From the NCBI GenBank assembly GCA_963676915.2, contig CAXXVK010000003.1, positions 1-63,932 on the forward strand: a stretch of 63,932 bases of DNA. The letters are read 5' to 3'. Source of the DNA: Myxococcota bacterium (GTDB lineage Bacteria > Myxococcota_A > SURF-8 > G963663525). The notes beneath the pieces were generated by a model. The model had not been told where the DNA came from and made no database searches. It saw only the letters and a list, made by a program, of their open reading frames with translations. Positions within the stretch are counted from its first letter, which is position 1. Each line of letters begins with the position of its first letter. Shown piece after piece: positions 1 through 9,846 of the stretch. The position numbers were made by a program, and so were the translations under genes.

Positions 1-617
1 CAATCGCAAACCGCCAACCCGTCCACTTCGGAACAGGAACCATGCACGCAAGGGTCAGGATTGCAAGGACTGACCGCCACGCATTCCCCACCGGTTTCCT
101 CGTATCCTTCGGCGCAGCGGTCGCAACTCGTCCCGGTATAGCCGTCATGGCAGGTACATACGGCGCTCTCGTTTTCGACAGAGCAATCCCCGTGTCCACA
201 TGGCGAAGGATCGCAGGGACCGCCCGTTCCCGCCGATACGCACTCCAGGCCGTTTTCATCGCGAATGTAGCCCGATGCGCAGTCTTCGCAGGTATCTCCG
301 GCGTATCCCACATCGCAGGTGCACGAAGGCAGGTTTGTGGGATCGGTGCAATGACCGTGTACGCAGTTCGCTTCCAAGCAGAGATCGGCCAGGCATTCCA
401 GCCCGGAAGCGTGATATCCCGCATTGCAGGTGCAGACGGCTTCACCATTCGCCACGACACACGCGCCGAAACCCGAACAAAGCACTCCCTCGCAGGGATC
501 GGCTGTCACGTTTCCATCGCCCGAACCGCTTCCGAAACATCCGGGGGTACTCAAGGAAACCCAGGCGACAAACACCAAGGCAAGAAAAAACGACGGTACG
601 GAACGTTGCAGGATCAT
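1..617 (-). CDS. Cys-rich EGF-like repeat lipoprotein (5' part; runs off the left edge)
   Basis: Absent from the ORF track. Manual translation from ATG 617 (GGAG upstream) gives MILQRSVPSFFLALVFVAWVSLSTPGC-FGSG...DPCEGVLCSGFGACVVANGEAVCTCNAGY...CTCDVGYAGDTCEDCASGY, the same repeat type as the upstream amylase. Confidence 0.85.
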   Translation of the reverse strand, partial: MILQRSVPSFFLALVFVAWVSLSTPGCFGSGSGDGNVTADPCEGVLCSGFGACVVANGEAVCTCNAGYHASGLECLADLCLEANCVHGHCTDPTNLPSCTCDVGYAGDTCEDCASGYIRDENGLECVSAGTGGPCDPSPCGHGDCSVENESAVCTCHDGYTGTSCDRCAEGYEETGGECVAVSPCNPDPCVHGSCSEVDGLAVCD

Positions 618-643
618 GGAAAACTCCGGGATCGAGAAAAAAT

Positions 644-3600
644 CTATGGAACGATATAAACAGCCGAGCCAAGTTGTGGAACGGTTACGGAAACCTTTCC
701 CGCTTGGACCGTCACCGTAGTTCCGGTAAAAACCTCCTTCAAGGAGGCGCCATTCGAAAGACCAAGTGACGAAACCGAAATCGTTTCGGAGCGTTCAGAG
801 GAGCGATTTAGCAAAACCAAGGCCACGTCCGAGGCTTTTTTCCTCGCATAAACCCAAAAATCGGAATCCACACGAAGGGTGGAGGTCGAACCGGTCCGTA
901 ACGCGGGGTGATCCAACCGCGCCTTTCCGATTTTTCCGACATGTTCCAGCGTCGCCCGCTGATTCGAATCGAGGGCATCGAACGCCATCATTCGGCGGTT
1001 GTCGGGGTCTCCCGCGCCGGGCAGACCGATTTCGTCGCCGTAGTAAATCAACGGAACGCCGGATTGTGTAAATAAAAAGGTCCAGGCCATACGTAACCGT
1101 TGATAAGGCCAGGAGGAATTCGGACTCGTCGGCGGATTGCTCCACCCCTGCTCTTTGCTGCCATTGCCCCACAGATCGCCAATGGAACCGTCCGCATGGG
1201 ACAGGACACGTGGCACGTCGTGGTTGCCGAGGAAGTTCGACATCACCGCCTCGGTTCCATACCGGCCTTCGTTGCCAGCGACAAAATTTTTCAGGTCCGT
1301 CAATCCCATCTCGTGGCGAACAAGCGCTTTGAGAGCCGCCCAGAACAGGGGAAAATCGAATTGTCCGTCCAACAGATCGCTTCCGACAAACTGGGCAATA
1401 GCATCCTGCCCGTTTTCTCCGGTGAACGTTTCGCCCACCATGTAAAAACGGATGTCATCGTGGGTATCGATTTCCTCATCAATCCTCGCCCGAATGGTCT
1501 TGCTGAAATCAAGAATCATATGCTTCACCGCATCGAGCCGGAAACCATCGATGTTCGTTTCCCGAATCAACCAGATCGCATGATCCATGACCGTTTTCAT
1601 GACGTCCAGGTTTTTGTATTCCAGATCCGGCAGATAGTCGGCGAACCAGCAGTCGATAGGACGCTCCCATCCGCAGACATAACCATTGCCCTGAACCCCG
1701 TTATCCCAATGAAACCATGGATTTTCATCCTGCCAATGCGTGTCGTACAAGGGTGAATCCTTATGGACGTGGTTGGCGACGAAATCCACGACGATCCGTA
1801 TCCCGTTTTCGTGAGCCACCTCCACAAGTTCCTTGAACTCGTCCAGCGTTCCGAAATGGGGATCGACAACCTCGACCCCGGATAAGGGCGCATTGGCGGT
1901 CCATCCGGTGGAAATGGGCCAATACGAATGATATCCCGAATACTTATGACCATCCGAACCCCAAAAAGCTCCTTGGGTGTTCATGATCGGCGACGAAATC
2001 CACAAGGCGTTGATTCCGAGATCGCTGAAATAACCATCCTCGATTTTGTCTTGAATGCCTTGAAAGTCTCCCCCCTGCCAGTTGGCTTTCCAATCGAGTT
2101 GACCATCCTGAACCGGCGCGTTGTTCGAGCCATCGCCATCCTTGAAACGGTCGGTTAGGACAAAATACAACGAGGCATCGCGCCAATCGAACGTCTCTTC
2201 TTCGATCCAGATCGGTACGAACAGCGGATCGGCCTGCACACCCTCGGTGTCGGAAATCGTGAAAAGATAGGAATATTTCCCAAAAACCAGGCCGGATTGC
2301 TCTACCGTAAACGTACCGTCTTGAGCGTCGAACTCTGCCTCGCTCAACACTTCTCCGTTGCGATACACCACGGCTTGGGAAGAATCCAGCGGCACCCGTC
2401 CTCTTCCATAGGATGCACCCACGGAAATTCGAATCGAATCGCTGCCGATCTCCGGTTCTTCCAGCAATTCCAACAGCGGTCGGTCGCAGTCCGTCACGCG
2501 AAGACGGCTGTTGGCCACGCCATCCACATATTTCGTGTAAGGATTGTTGGGGTCCAGGAACCATTCTCCGGTGGACTGATCGTACAATTTGTAGGCGTAA
2601 TCCCCAGTATTGAGAGAATCCAGCGTAATTTCCCATACATCGCCGTTTTTCGTAAGCGGATCGTTCAAAGACCAGGAATTGAGGTCTCCACGAATGTAGA
2701 CAGGACCGGAACTGGCGCTTCGATAACGAACCGTCGTTCCACAAGAACGCACGGGAATGGCGGTCGTATCAAGAACGCAGGTTCCACCATCTCCCTCGCG
2801 GTAGCCGTCATCGCACAGACACTTGAATTCGCTGCCGTTTTCCACACAAACACCACGATTGGGCTGCGTGCAGGGATTGGGAGAGCAAGGAGTCTCGATG
2901 CTTCCCGGATCTACACAGCTTTCACCGTCCCATTGATAGCCTTCGTCGCACATACAGGCCGCTTCGCCTCCCATGTCCAGGCACTGGGTCCGATTCGTTT
3001 CGGTGCAGGGATTCGGATCGCAAGGGTCCAGAGAACTTTTCGAAACGCAGCCGATACCCTGTTGCACGTAACCATCGGCGCAGGCGTCGCAGCGATCCCC
3101 GGTATAGCCTTCCCAGCATTCGCAACGGCTTTGGTCGCCTTCGATCGAGCACGACCCGAACGCGCAGGGATCTGGAGAACAGGGAGAATCCGGGGAGCAG
3201 GCGAGATTTTCGGCATGGTAGCCATCGGCACAGGCATCGCACAAATCACCCGTATATCCCGCATGACAAACACAGGTCGTTTCCCCGTCGATCATCGCGC
3301 ATACGCCGAAAACACAAGGATCGTCCTCGCAGGGATCGCCGGGAATGCATCGCCCGTTCATGGGGCGATATCCGCTGTCGCAGTGGTCGCAGGCATCGCC
3401 TGAATACCCTTCGTCACACTGACACGAAGCGGCGGCATTCAGAACGCGACACAAGCCATATACACAAGGATTCGGGCTGCATGGATCGGGTATGCATCCC
3501 AACCCTTGGGTAATGTATCCCTCATTACAGGTGCATACAGGCTCCCCGTTTTGCAGGGCACAGACTCCTTGTCCGCAATCGATATTCGAGCAAGGGTCCA

Positions 3601-3703
3601 AAAAGGAATCGGCATCGTCTTGCGCAGAACAGGAAACAACGCAAAAAGTCACCGGAAAACACAAAAAAAGCACGAAGGCAGACAACGTTCGAAAACAACG
3701 CAT
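644..3703 (-). CDS. Surface GH13 alpha-amylase-family lipoprotein: EGF-like repeats, CBM48-like domain, Ig-like domain, GH13 catalytic domain
   Basis: Signal ending VVSC; repeated DPC..C.CxxGY units; VYIRGDLNSW...YAYK...WFLDPNNP glycogen-binding motif; GH13 regions DFVANH, GFRLDAVKH, VGET, LGNHD. Confidence 0.92.
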   Translation of the reverse strand: MRCFRTLSAFVLFLCFPVTFCVVSCSAQDDADSFLDPCSNIDCGQGVCALQNGEPVCTCNEGYITQGLGCIPDPCSPNPCVYGLCRVLNAAASCQCDEGYSGDACDHCDSGYRPMNGRCIPGDPCEDDPCVFGVCAMIDGETTCVCHAGYTGDLCDACADGYHAENLACSPDSPCSPDPCAFGSCSIEGDQSRCECWEGYTGDRCDACADGYVQQGIGCVSKSSLDPCDPNPCTETNRTQCLDMGGEAACMCDEGYQWDGESCVDPGSIETPCSPNPCTQPNRGVCVENGSEFKCLCDDGYREGDGGTCVLDTTAIPVRSCGTTVRYRSASSGPVYIRGDLNSWSLNDPLTKNGDVWEITLDSLNTGDYAYKLYDQSTGEWFLDPNNPYTKYVDGVANSRLRVTDCDRPLLELLEEPEIGSDSIRISVGASYGRGRVPLDSSQAVVYRNGEVLSEAEFDAQDGTFTVEQSGLVFGKYSYLFTISDTEGVQADPLFVPIWIEEETFDWRDASLYFVLTDRFKDGDGSNNAPVQDGQLDWKANWQGGDFQGIQDKIEDGYFSDLGINALWISSPIMNTQGAFWGSDGHKYSGYHSYWPISTGWTANAPLSGVEVVDPHFGTLDEFKELVEVAHENGIRIVVDFVANHVHKDSPLYDTHWQDENPWFHWDNGVQGNGYVCGWERPIDCWFADYLPDLEYKNLDVMKTVMDHAIWLIRETNIDGFRLDAVKHMILDFSKTIRARIDEEIDTHDDIRFYMVGETFTGENGQDAIAQFVGSDLLDGQFDFPLFWAALKALVRHEMGLTDLKNFVAGNEGRYGTEAVMSNFLGNHDVPRVLSHADGSIGDLWGNGSKEQGWSNPPTSPNSSWPYQRLRMAWTFLFTQSGVPLIYYGDEIGLPGAGDPDNRRMMAFDALDSNQRATLEHVGKIGKARLDHPALRTGSTSTLRVDSDFWVYARKKASDVALVLLNRSSERSETISVSSLGLSNGASLKEVFTGTTVTVQAGKVSVTVPQLGSAVYIVP

Positions 3704-3766
3704 GGCTTTTTGGCGCTTCCTTGAACGATAAAGGGTAATTTCAGCAGGCGTCCATCTATGTTATGG

Positions 3767-3858
3767 ATATTACCTGCACTTTCTCGATTGTCAAGCGGGG
3801 ACAAGTCCCCCGCTTTCAAGAATCATACGTTGACAACTTCCGTTTTCATAGGTAAATC
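3767..3858. promoter_or_regulatory. Candidate divergent sigma70-type promoters
   Basis: Minus strand TTGACA-N16-TAATAT toward the amylase; plus strand TTGACA (3830)-N17-TAAATC toward the lipoprotein. Confidence 0.35.
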
Positions 3859-3902
3859 TGGGACACGATCAAAAACGAATGATTCGTTGCAAAGGGGATA
3901 CG

Positions 3903-5375
3903 ATGAAAGCGCTTATGGCAGGGATTTTGGGACTATCTCTCGTGTTGGTGTTCGCCTGCTCGGATGAAGATTCCGGCACCGAAACAACCGGAGATCTCGA
4001 TCAGGATACGAATACGGAGCTTACCGAAGTCGAGGAAATTCCAGAGGAAAAACCCGAGCGTCTCGCCGATCCGGTGGTCGTAACGGGCGATGATCTTGAG
4101 CCTCTGTTCGGCGTCGATCCCGACACCCTCGCCGCCTACAGTCTGTCGGAAGAAACCGACGAATGGGTTCGTATTCCTCTTCAGGTGGACGAACGCCACG
4201 AAGCGGACTACCGCGATTTATACAACGATCAGGAAGTCCGTGCCGGTTTGACTTTACTTGTGTATTCCGACACCAGCACACTCGCGGGATTGGACCCCGA
4301 AACGGGAATCGACTCGAACGACGAACTCGTCTTCATGGTCAGAGATGCGGGAAAACGAAACGAAAACGGGACGTTCCCGGAGGGTGTGCAGTCCATTTCG
4401 GGAATCGAAGTGAGGGTAACAGACCCAGGAGATGACACCTTTGAGGGCTGGGTGTACCTATTCACTCTGGAAAACCCAGAAAGCTCAACCGAACCGGAAG
4501 CGCTGGGAAGCTATACATTCGCACTCGAAAACGGCGTCTATCCCGATGACTACGGATTCCACGAAGGTCCGAACCCGGAAGATAGCTGGTTTAAAAGTAC
4601 GTTATACGAACGCCATTTTGCGGACCGCTGGATCGGCGACGTAATGATCCTTAAAACAGAGGGATCGACCGGAGTGGACATCCTCGATCTTCATCAGGAC
4701 CAGTTTTTACCCGGACTATGCAGCCGATCGGTGGTGACCTTCAGCAATGGAGAAGGAGCGTTCATCACCAACAAACAGGGACCGGTACGGTCGATTCGGT
4801 CGTATATGGGAGCCAACAGCGGTCCGCTCACCCAACGAACCCACTTTTTCTACGAAGGGCGCGAAGACATCATCACCGATCTGCGTGTTCATGAAATTTC
4901 CAGTATGTACGACTTTTTCGATTTCAGCGCCGAAGCTATCGGCATGACGTATTCTTCCGAACAATTCCCGGATGAAGTCACCATCGACGGCAAGGACGAT
5001 GCCCTGGAAGATCGTCCCCTTCCCGCTTGGGAGAGAATACGAGGCGAGCCGGGCGGACTCATTATCATCCTGCGGTACCACACGAATCTCGAATTGGATC
5101 TTAAAGGTTACTATGTGGATGAAGACCCCGCCGAAGCCCCACCCTGCTACGGCGACAATGCGTATTACGGAGCCTGCGGAAGCGCCATCCCGATATTCCC
5201 AAGCCTTCTGGGTATTCCCTGCACCGATCCTAAAAACGATTGTGATGGGATTCTGCAAGCCATCCGGGTCGTCTATTACGAAAAACCGGACGTAACAAAA
5301 GCCCAGGCCGAAGAATATTCTCGTGGCGTGGACGAACCGTTCCAAGCGGAACTGACTCCACTAGAAACAAAGTGA
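3903..5375 (+). CDS. Acidic lipoprotein of unknown function
   Basis: ATG 3903 after AAGGGGA; lipobox VFAC; long acidic ORF. Confidence 0.8.
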   Translation: MKALMAGILGLSLVLVFACSDEDSGTETTGDLDQDTNTELTEVEEIPEEKPERLADPVVVTGDDLEPLFGVDPDTLAAYSLSEETDEWVRIPLQVDERHEADYRDLYNDQEVRAGLTLLVYSDTSTLAGLDPETGIDSNDELVFMVRDAGKRNENGTFPEGVQSISGIEVRVTDPGDDTFEGWVYLFTLENPESSTEPEALGSYTFALENGVYPDDYGFHEGPNPEDSWFKSTLYERHFADRWIGDVMILKTEGSTGVDILDLHQDQFLPGLCSRSVVTFSNGEGAFITNKQGPVRSIRSYMGANSGPLTQRTHFFYEGREDIITDLRVHEISSMYDFFDFSAEAIGMTYSSEQFPDEVTIDGKDDALEDRPLPAWERIRGEPGGLIIILRYHTNLELDLKGYYVDEDPAEAPPCYGDNAYYGACGSAIPIFPSLLGIPCTDPKNDCDGILQAIRVVYYEKPDVTKAQAEEYSRGVDEPFQAELTPLETK

Positions 5376-5442
5376 AAATACAGGGAGAGATTACCCAACC
5401 TGCGATTTCATTAAGAAGGACATTGACTCGAAAAGAATCAGC

Positions 5443-6276
5443 TTATTCCATGTTTTTCTTTTCGTGTGCAAGTTTGTAGGCTTCATTTCGAGGAAGTCCG
5501 AAGCGTTGTGACAACTCGACGGCCAGACGTTTTCCCGTAAATCCATCGGCTTTGAGTTGTTCGATGGCTTCGACCAGCGTTTCCTGGTCCGGAACGTCGC
5601 TTTCGGTGTTTCCTTCGATGACGAGAGTGATTTCCCCCCGCACGTTTTCCGAATCAAAGCGTTCCGTCAGTTCACTCAGCTTCAAGGAAAGAATTTCTTC
5701 GTGCAGCTTGGTCAATTCACGACACAAGGTGGCGTTTCGGTCGCCGAGAACGTCGTGGATTTCCTGCAGCTTTTCTGCCAATCGTTGCGGGGTGAGAAAC
5801 AGCACCAGCGTCTCTTTGTGAGTCGCGGCTTCTTCGAGCCAGCTTTTTCGTTTTCCACCGCTTTTGGGAGGAAATCCCAGAAACGTGAAACGGTCGGTGG
5901 GAAGTCCGCAGACACTCAAAGCCGCCAGTACGGCGGATGGTCCGGGAATGGGCGAGACACGCAACCCATGGTTCCGCAATTCGCGCAACAGACGAAATCC
6001 CGGATCGCTGACGGACGGGGTTCCCGCATCCGAAATCAAGGCGATGTCCTCGCCTTCCTCCAGTCGCGTCACCACTTCGGCGACACGCGCCGCCTCGTTG
6101 TGTTCGTGCAGGCTTTTCAGGGGTTTATGCAACCCGAAATGAGCCAGCAGCTTACCGCTGTGGCGGGTATCTTCGGCGAGTACCAAGGTGACGTTTTCGA
6201 GCGTTTCCCGCGCTCGTGGACTGAAATCGCCGAGGTTGCCGATCGGTGTGGCGAGAACGTACAAGGTACCGGTCAT
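5443..6276 (-). CDS. rsmI: 16S rRNA (cytidine1402-2'-O)-methyltransferase
   Basis: LYVLATPIGNLGD, AEDTRH, SDAGTPSVSDPG, CRELTKLHEE motifs. Confidence 0.96.
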   Translation of the reverse strand: MTGTLYVLATPIGNLGDFSPRARETLENVTLVLAEDTRHSGKLLAHFGLHKPLKSLHEHNEAARVAEVVTRLEEGEDIALISDAGTPSVSDPGFRLLRELRNHGLRVSPIPGPSAVLAALSVCGLPTDRFTFLGFPPKSGGKRKSWLEEAATHKETLVLFLTPQRLAEKLQEIHDVLGDRNATLCRELTKLHEEILSLKLSELTERFDSENVRGEITLVIEGNTESDVPDQETLVEAIEQLKADGFTGKRLAVELSQRFGLPRNEAYKLAHEKKNME

Positions 6277-6653
6277 CGTCGCGGACTCCAGGTTTCGAAG
6301 GCTTGTTCCAGGTGTTCGACTACGGGCTGGTCGTTTTCGAAGGTTACGGCCAGGGCGTCGAAACGGACTTCCGTTTCGTGAAGATCGTGCCGCCGCAGAT
6401 AGGCTTCAGCCGCCCGAGCTACACGACGTTGTTTGGGTGCCGTAATCGTTTCGAACGGATGAACCAGAGCACCGGGGCTACGGGTACGAACCTCGGCGAA
6501 AACCAGGGTGCGACCCGTACGCAGAATCAAATCCACTTCTCCTCCCGGACAATGCCAGTTTCTAGCCACGACGGAATACCCTTTTTCGGCAAGGTAGTCC
6601 AAGGCGGCTTGCTCGCCTTTTTGCCCCAATTCAATGTTTTTACGCTGGTTCAT
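6273..6653 (-). CDS. yraN: YraN/UPF0102 family endonuclease-like protein
   Basis: LGQKGEQAA, RNW, GEVDLI, FAEVRTR, RFD; 4-bp overlap with rsmI. Confidence 0.93.
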   Translation of the reverse strand: MNQRKNIELGQKGEQAALDYLAEKGYSVVARNWHCPGGEVDLILRTGRTLVFAEVRTRSPGALVHPFETITAPKQRRVARAAEAYLRRHDLHETEVRFDALAVTFENDQPVVEHLEQAFETWSPRR

Positions 6654-6694
6654 CAGCCAGTCCGAAGTGATGGTCTTTTAAAAAAGTATCGCAC

Positions 6695-6881
6695 TAGCCG
6701 TTATTGTTTGCTTTATAGCGATCCCTACCCTTTTCGTTGTGGGTGGTGGGTGACATGGGCGAACCGTAAGTTGCCCATGGTCATCGTTGAACCACGGGCA
6801 AGCAGACGTTTCACGTCGCTTGGACCGTGCCACCCTTCGTTTCCAGGATTCTCTATCGCTAAAAGCAAAATAGAACGGCTA
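6695..6881 (+). mobile_element. MITE family A, copy 1
   Basis: Imperfect ~27-bp TIRs (TAGCCGTTATTGTTTGCTTTATAGCGAT / ATCGCTAAAAGCAAAATAGAACGGCTA); internal hairpins CATGGGCGAAC-GTTGCCCATG and AAGCAGACGT-TTC-ACGTCGCTT; homologous to 9576-9754 and 45642-45982. Confidence 0.8.
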
Positions 6882-7068
6882 TATCCTGCATTCGGTAAAT
6901 TCGCACAAAAAAAAGGACACCGCAAGAGTGTCCCTTCGAACGACATGATCCAAGCCTTAAAAATCTTTCCAAAACAACGGAAAAACTCCCAAAAGAACGT
7001 CCTATGATATGTTACTATCGTAACATTTACGAACGGACTCGCCGATATTACCCTTTGGGAGAATTTCC

Positions 7069-8091
7069 ATGCGCATTTTCTCGGCTACGTCTTCTTTTTA
7101 TTCGCTCCTCACTGGTGGTGTCTTTTTCCTGGTATTGGTTGCTTTTACCAGTGAAATCCACGCAGCACAGTGCTTTCCGGGACATGTCGCTCCCGGAGGC
7201 GGCACCGTCGTTCCGGCAAATTTCCCTGCCATCGGGTTGCAGGTTGCATATCATGAAGGTGCGATGGGGCTGCCGTTCGAGGTGACGCTCTTCGAGGAAA
7301 ACGGAGAGGAAATTCTCTTGACCGAGCGGGAATGCAGCATGGAATATTTCCCGCATACCGAGCTTGTCCCCGAAGTTCCATTGGAAACCGGCAAAACCTA
7401 CCGACTGGAATACGAAGATCCTTGTCAAGAGTTCGACTACAGTGAAGACGACGAAAATGTCGTTACGATCAACCGTTTCGAAGTCGTCGAAGAGTCACCG
7501 CTACCGCAAGTGTTCGGAAGCATTCGAGCCGAAGACCTCGGCGTGGGTGAAGTCTGTCCCAATCAGTATGGCTGTGTCGATTGTTGTCTTTTAGCACATG
7601 TTGTGAGGATTCACGTCGAGCCTTCCAAGTCATTGGTTCCCTTTCTTCCCACGACCAAATTTTGTCTCCACAAAGACGACGAATTTTTTGATTGCGACAA
7701 CTTTGATGGCAGCATCGATTACGGATTGGAGAAAGCTCCGGGTAACGAGCGCTATTTCGACCTTTATCAACCTTGCCCGGAATCCATACAAAACCTTCCC
7801 GAAATCTGCGAAAATCATTATTTTCCTGAAGAACCCAACACCTACGAGATTTTCGTCTCCGGGCATGTTGCCGGAATGAATGACGCGCTGATATCGGACA
7901 GCCTTCAAGTTACGTTGTCGAATTGCGAAGAACTTCAAATGGATAGCTTCGACGGATCATCAAATGGCGGTATCATTCATGCCAATTCGTCCAACGGTTC
8001 GTGTGCGTTCGTGCAGAAAACGTCCGGCATCTGTTTGGGAATAGTTTTATACCTGTTCGCGTGGAGACGGCGTATTCTCCATCGATCATAG
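7069..8091 (+). CDS. Secreted Cys-containing protein with MYXO-CTERM-like C-terminal anchor
   Basis: N-terminal signal; C-terminus SSNGSC + hydrophobic helix + WRRR. Confidence 0.7.
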   Translation: MRIFSATSSFYSLLTGGVFFLVLVAFTSEIHAAQCFPGHVAPGGGTVVPANFPAIGLQVAYHEGAMGLPFEVTLFEENGEEILLTERECSMEYFPHTELVPEVPLETGKTYRLEYEDPCQEFDYSEDDENVVTINRFEVVEESPLPQVFGSIRAEDLGVGEVCPNQYGCVDCCLLAHVVRIHVEPSKSLVPFLPTTKFCLHKDDEFFDCDNFDGSIDYGLEKAPGNERYFDLYQPCPESIQNLPEICENHYFPEEPNTYEIFVSGHVAGMNDALISDSLQVTLSNCEELQMDSFDGSSNGGIIHANSSNGSCAFVQKTSGICLGIVLYLFAWRRRILHRS

Positions 8092-8145
8092 AGCCTTGTT
8101 CAGAGCTTGTTTTCGTGGGAATTCAGCGCTGGAAACACCGTTGTT

Positions 8146-8580
8146 TCAGTGCATCTCCTCGTTTTTCCGGCACTTCGGACAAATACCGCTGAAATGGATT
8201 TTGTAGTCCATCACCCGAAAGCCGTTATCGGACGTGTCGGGCATGTGAGAAAGCTCGATGGTCGGATCGAAAATATCCGTAATTTCCTTGCAGACCGAGC
8301 AAATGGCGTGATGGTGCTGCTGAATGTCGGGATCGTAGTGCTTGCGCTCGTGATCGATGGTGATTTCCTGGATTTCCCCCATCGAAACCAGTGTTTCCAG
8401 CGTGTTATAGACGGTGGTAAACGAGGTGGAGGGATGATCGATCAGGATCTGATTGTAGATCTCCTCGGCGGAGGGATGGCTCTTATTGCCGTCCAGAATC
8501 TTCAAAATCGCCAGTCGTTGCGGCGTGATACGATATTTTTTTTGCCGGAAGAGTGTGATCGTATCGTTGATCGATTTCAT
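8146..8580 (-). CDS. Fur/PerR family transcriptional regulator
   Basis: RITPQRLAIL, HPSAEEIY, TVYNTL, HHHAICSVC, CPKC. Confidence 0.95.
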   Translation of the reverse strand: MKSINDTITLFRQKKYRITPQRLAILKILDGNKSHPSAEEIYNQILIDHPSTSFTTVYNTLETLVSMGEIQEITIDHERKHYDPDIQQHHHAICSVCKEITDIFDPTIELSHMPDTSDNGFRVMDYKIHFSGICPKCRKNEEMH

Positions 8581-8718
8581 GATACCACCTTGCTGATTAT
8601 GACCCCATCAATCTGTACCGATTCCAAAATAACAAATACAATAAAATTGTCAAGTTATTTTACAATCCATGCTTTTTCCAATCTATGGAAAATTCCCATA
8701 CCATAAAAAGAGCGCCAC

Positions 8719-9390
8719 TCAAAACAAAAATGGGATATCGGACGCCTGGTATTTTTCAAGAAACTCTTCGTTGTAGATGTGATCGATCGACCGGCTATTG
8801 TACAACTGAATCGTCGTCCACATGGTATGCAACGCCAACAAGATTTTCCCCCAGTTGTTTCGTTCGTCGCCTCGAACCATTTTGGGGAGTTTGCGTAAAA
8901 ACGCTTTGGCTTCTTCCGGGTGGTGTACGATACCTTTGCAAAACCGGAAGTGCCCGTTTTCACTCAACAAATGGCATTGGAAAATCGAGCCTTTTTCCAG
9001 GCCCGCCATGCTGCGATCCTCGAAGATTTCGTAGGTTTTCCCGGTCAGCATCTCTTTTAAAGTGCATAACTGCTTTTTGGGATGCAGTTTCTTGATCAAA
9101 AACACCCCGTACACCGGTTCGCAAAACGCTTTGAAAATCTCGTGGGTCTGTTCGTCCATCGCCGTGGAATGCAGACGATAGTACAGACGAGCGGGGGTAA
9201 GACCCATCTGCTGGAAATTCCAGTGAAAAAGGAAAAACTCGAAATATTGGGAAATTCTCAGGTCGAACAGGGGATCGTCCTCGAAAACCTCACGAGTCTG
9301 TTCGAAAAAGAGCCTGCGCGCACGTTCCAGTTCGCGAGGATGATTCTCGTTGAAATACGTAATAATCCGTTCTTGCTGTTCCGTGAACAA
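8719..9390 (-). CDS. Hypothetical cytoplasmic protein
   Basis: 223-aa ORF with protein-like composition; start uncertain. Confidence 0.7.
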   Translation of the reverse strand: MFTEQQERIITYFNENHPRELERARRLFFEQTREVFEDDPLFDLRISQYFEFFLFHWNFQQMGLTPARLYYRLHSTAMDEQTHEIFKAFCEPVYGVFLIKKLHPKKQLCTLKEMLTGKTYEIFEDRSMAGLEKGSIFQCHLLSENGHFRFCKGIVHHPEEAKAFLRKLPKMVRGDERNNWGKILLALHTMWTTIQLYNSRSIDHIYNEEFLEKYQASDIPFLF

Positions 9391-9575
9391 AGCGCGGCCC
9401 TCATCGCTCTCCCGTCTACAACCTTTTCATATTAAATCTCGAACCTTTTCCTGACAACAGTTTTTCCCCCAACTCCCGATTCCAATGAATATCCGATAGT
9501 TAGGATTGGGATTTTTCGGAAAAATTTCACCAAACCCCGCACCGGGCAGGAATTTTTCGGATGGCTGGTAGTATA

Positions 9576-9754
9576 TGGCAGTTGTGATTTGGTTTTGGCG
9601 ATAGAGAATCCTGGAAACGAAGGGGGGCACGGTCCAAGCGACGTGAAACGTCTGCTTGCCCGTGGTTCAACGATGACCATGGGCAACCTGTGGTTCGCCC
9701 ATGCCGCCCACAACGAAAAGGGGAGAAATCGCTAAAAGCAAAGTATAACGGCTA
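9576..9754 (-). mobile_element. MITE family A, copy 2 (inverted relative to copy 1)
   Basis: Reverse complement near-identical to the core of 6695-6881; TIRs TGGCAGTTGTGATTTGGTTTTGGCGAT / ATCGCTAAAAGCAAAGTATAACGGCTA. Confidence 0.8.
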
Positions 9755-9846
9755 TTTTTGGAATCAACGACCTTGGAAAACTCCAATGGATAGTAGATAG
9801 CGTGTTCTTCCACCGAATTCGACGATTTACCGTCCCGGTATCTGGA

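Noticed and set aside
42-769. Plus-strand ORFs 42-659 and 200-769
   Set aside because: They are antisense to the EGF-repeat lipoprotein gene on the minus strand.
8620-8660. Fur/Per box upstream of the Fur-family gene
   Set aside because: The region is AT-rich with a TTGACA, but the inverted repeat is too degenerate to call.
6725-9713. Short ORFs sharing the peptide LPMVIVEPRASRRFTSLGPC (6246-7007, 9432-9713) and ORF 6725-6946
   Set aside because: They are incidental translations of MITE family A copies.
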